This document shows, in pieces, positions 1 to 9,428 of a DNA stretch of 64,000 nucleotides. The notes beneath the pieces are model-generated. The model saw only the letters and a program-made list of their open reading frames with translations, did not search any database and was not told where the DNA came from. The stretch covers positions 2,968-66,967 of the forward strand of contig JAZROP010000020.1 of assembly GCA_045648785.1 (NCBI GenBank), given 5' to 3'. The stretch's first letter is position 1. Each line of letters begins with the position of its first letter. The stretch comes from Clostridia bacterium (GTDB taxonomy: Bacteria > Bacillota > Clostridia > RUG12999). The position numbers and the translations under genes are program-made.

Positions 1-9
1 GGTCTCCAT

Positions 10-729
10 GTGGGAACTGCTCTCAAATCGGGTGAACTTGGCATTTGCTCGGGTATTTTAAGCGCCACAAGCCGCCACTTTAAAATTGAAATTGGCGGGA
101 AAAGTGTTCATGCAACGGCATACCATAAAGGCATAGATGCTCTTTCCATAGCTGTACAAATGTATTCAGGAATACAGACAATTGCAGCAACAGAGGTAAG
201 CCCTGCTGAGAATGTTGTTTGCATTGTGACAAAGCTTCATTCGGGTACTGCACAGAACATTTTGCCCGACAGTGCACTTATGCAGGGTACAATCAGAACA
301 TATAATGTACAGGTCAGTGAATTTATTCACGACAGAATACAGAGCCTTGCAAAGCGTCTTTCAGAGCACTACGGTGTAGAAATTAAAGTTCATGCACCAC
401 TTAAGTCAACCTGTGTGTATAACAATCCTTATCTGTCAGAGATTATGCTTGGCAGTATGGAGAAAGTTGTGGGAAAAGAGAATATTAAAAAGTTAAATCG
501 TGGTCTCGGATCAGAAGACTTCTCAAGATACACGGATGTAGTTCCTAGTGTATTTTTCCGTGTTGGAATAAGGAATGAAGAAAAAGGGATTATGCAGGTA
601 GCACACCAGACGGACTTTAAACTTGATGAGGATGTGCTTGATTTAGGTCCAAAGACATTTGTGCAGTTTGTTGTTGACAACCAGCATGGTGTAGATATTG
701 AAAAAGCAAAGGCGGCAGATGAACGCTAA
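10..729 (+). CDS. M20-family amidohydrolase (aminoacylase/hippurate-hydrolase-like), C-terminal part; 5' end lies outside the window
   Basis: The ORF runs off the window start. The translation carries the M20D dimerisation/catalytic C-terminal region (HAPLKSTCVYNNPYL, GSEDFSRY, HQTDFKLDEDVL), which is typical of Ama/HipO-type amidohydrolases. Confidence 0.6.
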   Translation: MGTALKSGELGICSGILSATSRHFKIEIGGKSVHATAYHKGIDALSIAVQMYSGIQTIAATEVSPAENVVCIVTKLHSGTAQNILPDSALMQGTIRTYNVQVSEFIHDRIQSLAKRLSEHYGVEIKVHAPLKSTCVYNNPYLSEIMLGSMEKVVGKENIKKLNRGLGSEDFSRYTDVVPSVFFRVGIRNEEKGIMQVAHQTDFKLDEDVLDLGPKTFVQFVVDNQHGVDIEKAKAADER

Positions 730-783
730 GAACCTTATAAAGAGTTAAATATGTGATAAAAGGAGATGTAAATGCATCTCCTT

Positions 784-1137
784 TTACTTTTCTTTGGGAT
801 TGAATAGTAGTGCAAAAATGTAACCGAACAGAACGGCTGCAGTGATACCGCCTGCCGAGGCGGCAAGTCCGCCCGTGAAAATGCCCAAAACACCCTTTTC
901 GTCAACGGCGTTTATAACACCGGTAGCGAGAGTGTAACCAAACCCGGTAAGAGGTATGGTTGCACCCGCACCTGCAAATTTCACAAGTGGCTCATATATT
1001 CCGAAAAATGTTGCAAACACACCGATGCATACAAATAAAACAAGAATTCGTGCAGGGGTAAGTTTTGTAAAATCTATCAATATCTGACCTATGATACATA
1101 TAATACCCCCAATTATAAATGCCCAGACAAAGTTCAT
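784..1137 (-). CDS. spoVAE: stage V sporulation protein AE (SpoVAEb-like small membrane protein)
   Basis: The internal Met start MNFVWAFIIGG...ATIPLTGFG...AAVLFGYIF matches the SpoVAC/SpoVAE paralogue family. It sits immediately downstream of spoVAD, after a 4-nt gap. An AAGGAGAT RBS lies 7 nt upstream of the ATG at 1137. Confidence 0.7.
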   Translation of the reverse strand: MNFVWAFIIGGIICIIGQILIDFTKLTPARILVLFVCIGVFATFFGIYEPLVKFAGAGATIPLTGFGYTLATGVINAVDEKGVLGIFTGGLAASAGGITAAVLFGYIFALLFNPKEK

Positions 1138-1141
1138 ATTT

Positions 1142-2152
1142 TTATCTCCTTTCAAATCTGACAGCGTGCGCCACACCCGGAATACTTTCTCCCTGGAAAC
1201 AGGATTCACCGTTTAAAAGAGCTCCTGTAGCAATAAAAAGCAATTTGTTTAATTTTCCGTCCTCCATATCCTTTAAAAGCTTTCCGCATAGAACAGAAGC
1301 GCTGCAACCACAACCACTTCCGCCCGCATGAACATCCTGAGATTTAATAGAATAGATCATAAGACCGCAGTCATTATAAACCCCCTTGATATCTATTTCA
1401 TCCTTTAATAAATCAAAAAGCAGGTTTTTTCCTACATTACCAAGGTCGCCTGTTACTATGAGGTCATAATCGGATGGTTTAAAGCCAGTGTCTGAAAAAT
1501 GTGTCTTAATGGTATCTGCAGCGGCAGGGGCCATTGCGGCGCCCATATTATTAGGGTCGGAAACGGCATAATCAATGACCTTGCCGGTTGTTATATGGGT
1601 TATGCAAACAGGGTGCCTTTGGTCAGAGGTTAAAATAACTGCACCACTGCCGGTTACTGTGCGCTGGGCGGTTGGTGTGCGCTGACCACCATATTCGAGT
1701 GGCATACGAAATTGTTTTTCTGATGAACAGAAATGACTTGATGTGGCAGCAAGTACATTATCGGCAAAACCGCCGTCAATTGCCATAGCTGCGAGAGACA
1801 GGCTTTCTGCCATTGTTGAGCAAGCACCATATATGCCGAAAAAGGGCGTATCAATATCGCGGGCTGCAAAATGACTGCTGAAACACTGATTAATCAGGTC
1901 GCCTGAGAAGATATAGTCTATATCTCTCTCGGTAAGACCTGCTTTTTTTATAACCTCCTGCATGGCAGTTTTTAAAAACTTGCTTTCGCCCTGCTCCCAG
2001 GATTCCTCACCAAACATAACATCTTCCTGAACATTGGTGAAATATTCACCAAGAGGACCTTCTGATTCTTTTTTTGAAACAATTGCATAATAAGATTTTA
2101 CCGATGGTGGATTCTCAAAGCAGATTGTTTGTTTTCCTATATGTTTTTTCAT
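1142..2152 (-). CDS. spoVAD: stage V sporulation protein AD (thiolase-fold)
   Basis: The product is 336 aa and has a beta-ketoacyl-synthase-like fold signature (GGSGCGCSA, AIDGGFADNVLA) characteristic of SpoVAD. Confidence 0.85.
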   Translation of the reverse strand: MKKHIGKQTICFENPPSVKSYYAIVSKKESEGPLGEYFTNVQEDVMFGEESWEQGESKFLKTAMQEVIKKAGLTERDIDYIFSGDLINQCFSSHFAARDIDTPFFGIYGACSTMAESLSLAAMAIDGGFADNVLAATSSHFCSSEKQFRMPLEYGGQRTPTAQRTVTGSGAVILTSDQRHPVCITHITTGKVIDYAVSDPNNMGAAMAPAAADTIKTHFSDTGFKPSDYDLIVTGDLGNVGKNLLFDLLKDEIDIKGVYNDCGLMIYSIKSQDVHAGGSGCGCSASVLCGKLLKDMEDGKLNKLLFIATGALLNGESCFQGESIPGVAHAVRFERR

Positions 2153-2243
2153 TTTATCACCCTCAAAATAATTTTGTTATGTATAGTATAAACATTTTTT
2201 GAAAAGAATATTTAGCGAAAACACAAAGAAAGAGGATGTAAAA

Positions 2244-3254
2244 ATGAAAAAAACTGCGTTAATTTTTATTTTGATATTATCATTTGTACTTGCGGGTTGT
2301 GGAGGAAAAAATATGGCGGAAGACCCAGCAACCGGCGGTGAGGAAAAAATCGGTGTTCTCATATATAAATATGATGACACATACATTTCAACTGTGCGTC
2401 AGGCGCTTGAAGCAAAGGCCAAGGGCAGAGCACAACTTTTCCTCAACGACGGCAAAGGAGACCAGGGAACACAGAATGACCAGGTTGATTTGCTTCTGCA
2501 AAAGGATGTTGATGTCCTGCTTGTAAATATGGTGGACATCGGGGCAGCTTCTTCTATTGTAAATAAAGCAAAATCGGCTGATGTGCCGGTGATTTTCTTT
2601 AACAGAGAGCCTGATACATCGGTAATTAAAAGTTACGACAAAGCAAGATTTGTTGGAACCAATGCAAAGGATGCTGGGATTATCCAGGGCCAAATCATTG
2701 TTGATTTATGGAAAACCGGAAAACATGACACAAACGGAGACGGAAAAATGCAATATGTTATGTTCAAGGGGGAACCGGACAACCCTGAGGCGGTTGCAAG
2801 AACGGAATACTCAGTAAACACAGTTAAAGAAAACGGGATTGAGGTTGAGGAGCTTGGACTTCAGGTTGCCAACTGGGACACTGAGCAGGCAAACCGTGCG
2901 ATGGAGGCGTGGATAACCAAATATGGCGATAAAATAGAAGTGGTCATTGCCAATAATGATGGAATGGCACAAGGAGCTATTGCCGCACTTCATGCAGCAG
3001 GATATAACAAAGGTGATGAATCTAAATTCATTCCGGTTGTGGGCGTTGATGCAACAGACGCGGCGAGAGAACTTATTTCAAAGAAATATATGTCAGGTAC
3101 GGTTCTGCAAGATGGGGAAGCAATGGCAGAGGCGCTTATAACTCTTGCTATGAACGCTGCAGAGGACAGAGATTTCCTTGCGGATAGCAACTATAAGTAT
3201 GATGACACAGGAATTGCAGTCAGAATTCCTTATCAGCCATATACCGGACAATAA
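2244..3254 (+). CDS. mglB: galactose/methyl-galactoside-type periplasmic sugar-binding lipoprotein of an ABC transporter
   Basis: The start MKKTALIFILILSFVLAGCGG is a lipobox signal peptide, and an AGAGGA RBS precedes the ATG at 2244. The body is similar to the MglB/RbsB periplasmic-binding fold, and mglA and mglC follow. Confidence 0.75.
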   Translation: MKKTALIFILILSFVLAGCGGKNMAEDPATGGEEKIGVLIYKYDDTYISTVRQALEAKAKGRAQLFLNDGKGDQGTQNDQVDLLLQKDVDVLLVNMVDIGAASSIVNKAKSADVPVIFFNREPDTSVIKSYDKARFVGTNAKDAGIIQGQIIVDLWKTGKHDTNGDGKMQYVMFKGEPDNPEAVARTEYSVNTVKENGIEVEELGLQVANWDTEQANRAMEAWITKYGDKIEVVIANNDGMAQGAIAALHAAGYNKGDESKFIPVVGVDATDAARELISKKYMSGTVLQDGEAMAEALITLAMNAAEDRDFLADSNYKYDDTGIAVRIPYQPYTGQ

Positions 3255-3279
3255 AAAAGGCGGAAAGCGGTGAGGTTAA

Positions 3280-4779
3280 ATGCAGACAGACGAATATATA
3301 TTGAAGATGGACGGCATCTGCAAACAATTTCCCGGAGTAAAAGCTCTTGATAATGCAAAACTTAGCCTGAAAAAGGGGAGCGTTCATGCACTCATGGGGG
3401 AAAATGGTGCGGGGAAATCAACGCTTATGAAGTGTCTTTTCGGAGTATATAGGGAAGACGCGGGCGAAATATATATTGATGGTGAGAAAATAAATTTTGA
3501 AAATCCGGCACAGGCACTCAAAAATGGTGTAGCAATGGTTCATCAGGAACTAAATCAGGTGTTGCAGAGAGATGTTGCGGATAATATCTGGCTTGGAAGA
3601 TATCCTAAAAAAGGGTTTAGGGTTGACAGAAAAAAGATGCTGAAGGATACTGAAAAAATTTTTAAAGAGCTTGAAATTGATGTTGACCCCAGAATAAGAA
3701 TGGGCAGACTTTCTGTATCACAGCGTCAAATGGTTGAAATTGCAAAGGCGGTTTCGTACGATGCTAAAATTCTGGTTCTTGATGAGCCCACCTCCTCGCT
3801 GAATGAAGAAGAGGTAAAACATCTGTTTAAGATAATAAAAAAGCTGAAAGAAAAAAAGTGCGGAATAATTTATATTTCTCATAAAATGGAAGAGATTCTT
3901 GAGATTTGTGATGAAGTTACTATAATGCGTGACGGTAAATGGGTTAGTACAGACCGTGCGGAAGATGTAACCACAGATAAAATTATAAGACTGATGGTAG
4001 GACGCGAATTATCAAGCCGTTTCCCGCCAAAAACCAATAATCCTTCTGATATTATGCTTGAAGTGAAAAATTTAAGCGGTATGTATCCACCGGCAATAAA
4101 TGATGTATCATTTGAGCTGAAAAAAGGTGAAATTTTAGGAGTTGCAGGGCTTGTAGGTTCAAGGCGTAGCGAACTGCTTGAAACTATATTTGGCATCGCA
4201 AAAAAGAAATCTGGAGAAATCTTTCTTCATTCTGAACTAAAAACAAACAATAATCCAGCACAAGCAATTAAAAACGGATTTGCTCTTATAACAGAGGAAC
4301 GCCGGGCAACCGGTATATTTGAAAAGCTGAGCATAGAATTTAACTCGGTTATTGCAAATATAAAAAAATATGCGGTGGCAGGTGTATTAAAAGGCAAAAA
4401 AATGCATGGCGCGACGAGGTGGGTTATAGACAGTATGAGAGTTAAAACCCCTTCTGAAAAAACGCAAATCAGAACCCTTTCGGGTGGAAATCAGCAAAAG
4501 GTTATTATTGGCAGATGGCTTTTGACAGAACCGGAGATTTTGCTTCTTGATGAACCTACAAGAGGCATAGATGTTGGTGCTAAATATGAAATATACCAAC
4601 TTATAATTGACCTTGCCAATAAAAATAAGGGTGTAATTATGGTTTCCTCAGAAATGCCTGAGTTGTTGGGAATATGCGACCGTATTCTGGTGATGTCAAA
4701 TGGTAGGGTCGCAGGAATACGCGATGCTAAGGAGATAACCCAGGAGGAAATTATAGAACTGTCTGCAAAATATCTGTAA
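3280..4779 (+). CDS. mglA: sugar ABC transporter ATP-binding protein with duplicated ABC domains
   Basis: The product is 499 aa with two Walker A motifs ([18 protein letters not shown]), two LSGG signatures ([15 protein letters not shown]) and the MglA/RbsA architecture. Confidence 0.85.
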   Translation: MQTDEYILKMDGICKQFPGVKALDNAKLSLKKGSVHALMGENGAGKSTLMKCLFGVYREDAGEIYIDGEKINFENPAQALKNGVAMVHQELNQVLQRDVADNIWLGRYPKKGFRVDRKKMLKDTEKIFKELEIDVDPRIRMGRLSVSQRQMVEIAKAVSYDAKILVLDEPTSSLNEEEVKHLFKIIKKLKEKKCGIIYISHKMEEILEICDEVTIMRDGKWVSTDRAEDVTTDKIIRLMVGRELSSRFPPKTNNPSDIMLEVKNLSGMYPPAINDVSFELKKGEILGVAGLVGSRRSELLETIFGIAKKKSGEIFLHSELKTNNNPAQAIKNGFALITEERRATGIFEKLSIEFNSVIANIKKYAVAGVLKGKKMHGATRWVIDSMRVKTPSEKTQIRTLSGGNQQKVIIGRWLLTEPEILLLDEPTRGIDVGAKYEIYQLIIDLANKNKGVIMVSSEMPELLGICDRILVMSNGRVAGIRDAKEITQEEIIELSAKYL

Positions 4780-4795
4780 GCACAGGAGAGAAATA

Positions 4796-5821
4796 TTGAT
4801 GATAGATACAAAACTTAAAAACAGAAAATTTAACGAAATATTGCTGGACTATGCACTATATATTGTTCTTGGAGCAATGATTGTGGCAGTAATTATTGCC
4901 GACCCGTCCTTTATTTCGCTGAAAAACATAACAAACATTTTAAGTCAGGCATCAACGAGGGGAATTCTTGCACTTGGGGTGGCGGGGCTTATTGTTTTGC
5001 AGGGGACAGACCTTTCGGTTGGTAGAGTGCTTGGACTTTGCGCCATTATATCTGCGTCACTCCTGCAATCTTCGACTTATGCGGCAAGAATGTACCCGGA
5101 CCTTCCTGCGCTGCCTCTTATTATTCCTCTTATTATATCTGTTATTATAGGTGGCATTTTCGGGGCTATAAATGGATTTGGTGTTGCAAAACTTAAAGTT
5201 CATGCGTTTATTATCACGCTTGGCACTCAACTTATTGCATACGGAATTTCCTGTATTTACATTGACAGACCGCCACTTGGTGCACAACCTGTCGCCAATC
5301 TTGATGAAAGATATATTGATTTTGTAACAGGCTCGATTAAATTTGGGAATGTAGAAATACCATATCTGATATTTTATCTTATAATTGTGGCACTGGTAAT
5401 GTGGTTTATCTGGAATAAAACCACGCTTGGAAAAAATATGTTTGCTATAGGCGGAAACCCGGAGGCGGCTGCAGTTTCTGGTGTAAATATAGTAAAAAAT
5501 ATAATGATAATATTTATAATTTCAGGTGTTCTATATGGACTTGCTGGCTTTTTAGAGGCGGGTAGAGTGGGGTCTGCGACAAGTAACACCGGAATTAACT
5601 ATGAGCTTGACGCAATTTCTGCCTGTGTAGTTGGTGGGGTATCCTTCTCGGGAGGCGTGGGAACAATTCCCGGGGTACTGATAGGTACGCTTATTTTGCA
5701 GTTTATCAACTATGGGCTCAACTTTATCGGTGTAAGTCCGTATTATCAGTATATAATTAAAGGACTTATAATAATATTTGCAGTATCAATAGATGTGCGA
5801 AAATATCTTGTGAAAAAATGA
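4796..5821 (+). CDS. mglC: sugar ABC transporter permease (MglC/RbsC family)
   Basis: The product is a 341-aa polytopic membrane protein with the branched-chain/monosaccharide permease signature GGNPEAAAVSGVNIV. It is the third gene of the operon. Confidence 0.8.
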   Translation: MMIDTKLKNRKFNEILLDYALYIVLGAMIVAVIIADPSFISLKNITNILSQASTRGILALGVAGLIVLQGTDLSVGRVLGLCAIISASLLQSSTYAARMYPDLPALPLIIPLIISVIIGGIFGAINGFGVAKLKVHAFIITLGTQLIAYGISCIYIDRPPLGAQPVANLDERYIDFVTGSIKFGNVEIPYLIFYLIIVALVMWFIWNKTTLGKNMFAIGGNPEAAAVSGVNIVKNIMIIFIISGVLYGLAGFLEAGRVGSATSNTGINYELDAISACVVGGVSFSGGVGTIPGVLIGTLILQFINYGLNFIGVSPYYQYIIKGLIIIFAVSIDVRKYLVKK

Positions 5822-5856
5822 AGTCAGGGCGAATTTAAAACCGCCCTGACTTTTTG
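5822..5856 (+). terminator. intrinsic terminator after mglC
   Basis: A perfect GC-rich hairpin, agtcagggcg...cgccctgact, is followed by a TTTTTG tract. Confidence 0.7.
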
Positions 5857-5864
5857 TGTTGTTA

Positions 5865-5893
5865 TTGACAAAAAAAGCTTATAATGATAGAAT
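5865..5893 (+). promoter_or_regulatory. sigma-A-like promoter for the Wzy-like gene
   Basis: TTGACA, a 17-nt spacer, then TAGAAT, about 35 nt upstream of the RBS GAAGGGGAAA and the ATG at 5926. Confidence 0.45.
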
Positions 5894-5925
5894 AAAATAA
5901 GTATAAGTTTTGAAGGGGAAACATT

Positions 5926-7188
5926 ATGGCAGAATTATACAGAGATAACAGGACTTTTTTTAGTCTTGAAGATGATACATGGATTGCACTTGCGATATGG
6001 GCGATTTTGACTCAAATCGGTATACTCAATTCAATAAACGGAATTGTCGAGGCCTTTGTGGATAATCATATCTGGTGGGATACTGCACTTGTAAGAGGTG
6101 TTTATGCAATTTTCATAGTGATTGGAACGATGGCTGCAATAAAAAGAATGGAACGCAGGGTATTTATATTAGTGGTTTTAGTGGCGTTTTTGTGGTTTAT
6201 AAGCTTTTTGACAAATGAAAATGCAAGAATGCTTCTGAAGATATATTATTTTGAGTCTGTTATGGTATATGGGCTATGTGGAATTATATGTATCGGTCAT
6301 TTCAACAACTGGGATAAATTTATTAAAGTAGGCAGGTACTTTATTCTTTTAGGCTTTCTTCTTTTTGTACCATTAACATTTTTGATTATTAACGGACAAA
6401 GTGAACAAAATTATATGTCCTTTTCTTATAATAATATCGTGTTTGTTGTTGGGGCATTCTGGCTTGGTATCCGTAGAAAAAATATACTTATGTTTATTTT
6501 TGCGGGAATTGGAACCATACTTATTGTTATAGGTGGATGCAGAGGTGCTGTGATTTGTATTCTGTCATATGTTATTATGGAATTTATTCTTAACAAAAAA
6601 ATTCATATTGCAGCTAAAATAGCATTTGTGATAGCGGTAATTGCAATTTATTTGAACTTGGAAAGGCTTATAATTGAACTTGATGCAATTCTGAAAAATT
6701 TTGATTATGATAGCAGAACAGTAGAATTATTTTTGGAAGGTAAGATTGAAAGCGATAGCGGAAGAAGTAATACATTTAATGCTGCTATACAAGTAATAAA
6801 GGATTCACCGATTATCGGTCGGGGAATGGCAGGAGGATCAAGGTTTTTGATCAAGCAGATGTATGGTGTGGAGCCTTATCTGCTACAGCATGGATACTCA
6901 CACAATCTGTTTTTGGAATTATGGATGGAGTATGGCGTTATACTCGGAACATTTTTCATTGGATGGATTATTGTAAATATAATAACCGGATTTTTGAAAA
7001 ACAGAAAAACAGGTAATGACTGTATGCTTTATTTTCTTATGGCTATTACATTGCCTAAGCTTATGGTTACGGGTACATATTTAGGAGAAACACCATTCTT
7101 TATATTGTTGGCGTTATTAGTTAACCTTAACTGTTATAACAAAGAAAATCCGTGGGAAAAGAGGGAGTCGGTGATAAATGACAAATGA
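5926..7188 (+). CDS. O-antigen ligase / Wzy-family polysaccharide polymerase-like membrane protein
   Basis: The product is 420 aa and polytopic. The C-terminal periplasmic loop carries the Wzy_C/WaaL-type motif GYSHNLFLELWMEYG (H-N-x-x-L-E). Confidence 0.6.
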   Translation: MAELYRDNRTFFSLEDDTWIALAIWAILTQIGILNSINGIVEAFVDNHIWWDTALVRGVYAIFIVIGTMAAIKRMERRVFILVVLVAFLWFISFLTNENARMLLKIYYFESVMVYGLCGIICIGHFNNWDKFIKVGRYFILLGFLLFVPLTFLIINGQSEQNYMSFSYNNIVFVVGAFWLGIRRKNILMFIFAGIGTILIVIGGCRGAVICILSYVIMEFILNKKIHIAAKIAFVIAVIAIYLNLERLIIELDAILKNFDYDSRTVELFLEGKIESDSGRSNTFNAAIQVIKDSPIIGRGMAGGSRFLIKQMYGVEPYLLQHGYSHNLFLELWMEYGVILGTFFIGWIIVNIITGFLKNRKTGNDCMLYFLMAITLPKLMVTGTYLGETPFFILLALLVNLNCYNKENPWEKRESVINDK

Positions 7189-8350
7189 ACAGATTTATCT
7201 GATTCATCTTCTGTCCTGCGCAATTAGAAATTGCGCACCTAACCCGCCCAAAGATGATATTTCGTGGCAGAAAATCAGAGAAACAGCTGAAAAACAGAAA
7301 ATTCTTCCTCTGTTGTATGAAGCAGTGAATAAACTGGATAAAGAGCACCAACCGGAAGAAAATGTAATGAAACTCTGGGAGAAGCAGACGCTTAGTTGTA
7401 CATTGTTTTATGCTTTCCAGATGCAGCATATTTCAGCGCTTTTAGAAGCAGCAGAGAAAAACGGGATTGATATGCTTGTTTTAAAAGGCATGGTTTTAAG
7501 AGAGCTTTATCCGGTTCCTGAACTCAGAACAATGAGCGATGTTGATATTTTAATAAAGCCTGAGATGGTTAATGAGGTCAAAAGTTTGTTTTTTTTAAAC
7601 GGCTATGAGATTGTCAGTGAAAATGCGGGGCCGACCATTTATTATAAAAAAGATGTTTTGAAATTTGAAGTTTTTCATGTAATTCCGTCGGGGCTTAAAT
7701 CAGCAAAAGGAACGGAAATTGATATATGGGCTAATCCACGCATTATGCGTGGGGAACATATTTTTATGCCGTCAGCAGAAAATATGTTACTTCATTCTTT
7801 TACACATCTTATGAAACATCTCAGGACCCGTGGGGCGGGAATAAGAAATCTTGCGGATATAGTTCTGCTACTGGAAAAAACAAAGATTAATATGGAATAT
7901 GTTCATAAACAGATAAAACTGCTTGAAGCAGAAAAAATCTTCAAGGGGATTCTGTTTGCGGCAAAGAAATATTTTGAATTTGATACGCAGGAGGATTTTT
8001 CTGAGATTGATGAGGAATATGTGGATAAGCTGATGGAATATATGGTCATGACCGGCGTATATGGAGAGATGGATAATGCTTATATTCTTGATGCTCGTAC
8101 GGCCGAAGGGAATAAGAGTACACGAATAAAAAATTATGTTGTTAAAATGTTTCCGTCTGCGTCAAAACTTTCTGATAAATATGAATATGCCAAAAAAAAT
8201 CACTGGTTGGTTCCGGTGGCGTGGGTTCATCGGATATATAATATTGTTTTTAAAGAAGGGCAATCGGTTGGCATAAATATAAAAAACATGAAAGAAGCAA
8301 CGAATACAGTTGATTTTCAGATGGGAATTTTAGAGTATTTTAAACTATAA
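7178..8350 (+). CDS. PF14907-like (NTP_transf_5) polymerase-beta-superfamily nucleotidyltransferase
   Basis: The motif LKGMVLRELYP...MSDVDILIKPE fits the G-[SG]...D-x-D nucleotidyltransferase active-site pattern. The product is 390 aa. The start overlaps the Wzy-like gene by 11 nt, which suggests translational coupling. Confidence 0.5.
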   Translation: MTNEQIYLIHLLSCAIRNCAPNPPKDDISWQKIRETAEKQKILPLLYEAVNKLDKEHQPEENVMKLWEKQTLSCTLFYAFQMQHISALLEAAEKNGIDMLVLKGMVLRELYPVPELRTMSDVDILIKPEMVNEVKSLFFLNGYEIVSENAGPTIYYKKDVLKFEVFHVIPSGLKSAKGTEIDIWANPRIMRGEHIFMPSAENMLLHSFTHLMKHLRTRGAGIRNLADIVLLLEKTKINMEYVHKQIKLLEAEKIFKGILFAAKKYFEFDTQEDFSEIDEEYVDKLMEYMVMTGVYGEMDNAYILDARTAEGNKSTRIKNYVVKMFPSASKLSDKYEYAKKNHWLVPVAWVHRIYNIVFKEGQSVGINIKNMKEATNTVDFQMGILEYFKL

Positions 8351-8373
8351 TTTTACAAAAGAGGAATAGTGTT

Positions 8374-9420
8374 ATGAAAAAAATCAAGGAATTTTTAAAA
8401 AGAAAAAACATAGAATTTTCAGCCAAAAGATATGGTATAGATGCTCTTTCGGCAATGGCGCAGGGACTTTTTGCGTCACTGCTTATAGGCACGATACTGT
8501 CAACGATAGGTCAGCAGTTTAATGTTTTAGTGTTGGATGAAATTGGTGCATTTGCGAAAAGTGTACAGGGAAGTGCAATGGCAATTGCTATCGGTTATGC
8601 ACTAAAATGTCCTCCGCTTGTGCTGTTTTCACTCACAGCAGTCGGTTATGCGGCAAATGCATTGGGCGGTGCCGGTGGTGCGCTGGCGGTGCTTATTATT
8701 ACAATAGTTGCGGCAGAACTTGGCAAAGCAGTAAGCAAAGAAACAAAGCTTGATATTTTGGTTACGCCTATTGTAACCATTTGCTCTGGAATATTGCTTG
8801 CGATGCTTATTGCTGAACCTATTGGAAAAGGTGCATCTGCGGTTGGTAGCTTTATAATGTGGGCAACTGAGCTTCAGCCTTTCTGGATGGGAATTATTAT
8901 TTCTGTTGTTGTTGGCATAGCACTGACACTTCCTATTTCAAGTGCAGCAATCTGCCATGCAATTGGACTTACCGGACTTGCCGGTGGGGCGGCTCTTGCA
9001 GGTTGTTGTGCACAGATGGTAGGATTTGCGGTTATGAGCTTTAGAGAAAACCGTTGGGGTGGTCTTCTGGCTCAGGGTATAGGTACAAGTATGTTGCAAA
9101 TGGGCAACATAGTAAAAAATCCCCGCATCTGGATAGCCCCCATCATTACTTCGGCTATTGTAGGACCCGTTTCTACTTGTGTATTTAAACTTGAAATGAA
9201 CGGGGCACCAATTTCGTCGGGAATGGGAACCTGCGGAATGGTTGGTCAGATAGGTATGTATACAGGATGGGTTGCAGACGGCACGGCGATTACTGCAATG
9301 CATTGGGTTGGGATGCTTTTGACACATATAATTCTTCCGGCGATTATTTGCTGGGCGCTCGGGCTTTTATGCAGAAAAATCGGCTGGATTAAAGAAAACG
9401 ATTTAAAACTTGATTTGTAG
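8374..9420 (+). CDS. Gly/Ala-rich polytopic membrane protein, possibly PTS-EIIC-2-family-like transporter
   Basis: The product is 348 aa. The N-terminus KRYGIDALSAMAQGLFASLLIGTIL and multiple Gly-rich transmembrane segments resemble EIIC-2-type membrane proteins. The family assignment rests on memory only. Confidence 0.35.
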   Translation: MKKIKEFLKRKNIEFSAKRYGIDALSAMAQGLFASLLIGTILSTIGQQFNVLVLDEIGAFAKSVQGSAMAIAIGYALKCPPLVLFSLTAVGYAANALGGAGGALAVLIITIVAAELGKAVSKETKLDILVTPIVTICSGILLAMLIAEPIGKGASAVGSFIMWATELQPFWMGIIISVVVGIALTLPISSAAICHAIGLTGLAGGAALAGCCAQMVGFAVMSFRENRWGGLLAQGIGTSMLQMGNIVKNPRIWIAPIITSAIVGPVSTCVFKLEMNGAPISSGMGTCGMVGQIGMYTGWVADGTAITAMHWVGMLLTHIILPAIICWALGLLCRKIGWIKENDLKLDL

Positions 9421-9428
9421 GAGTTTGT

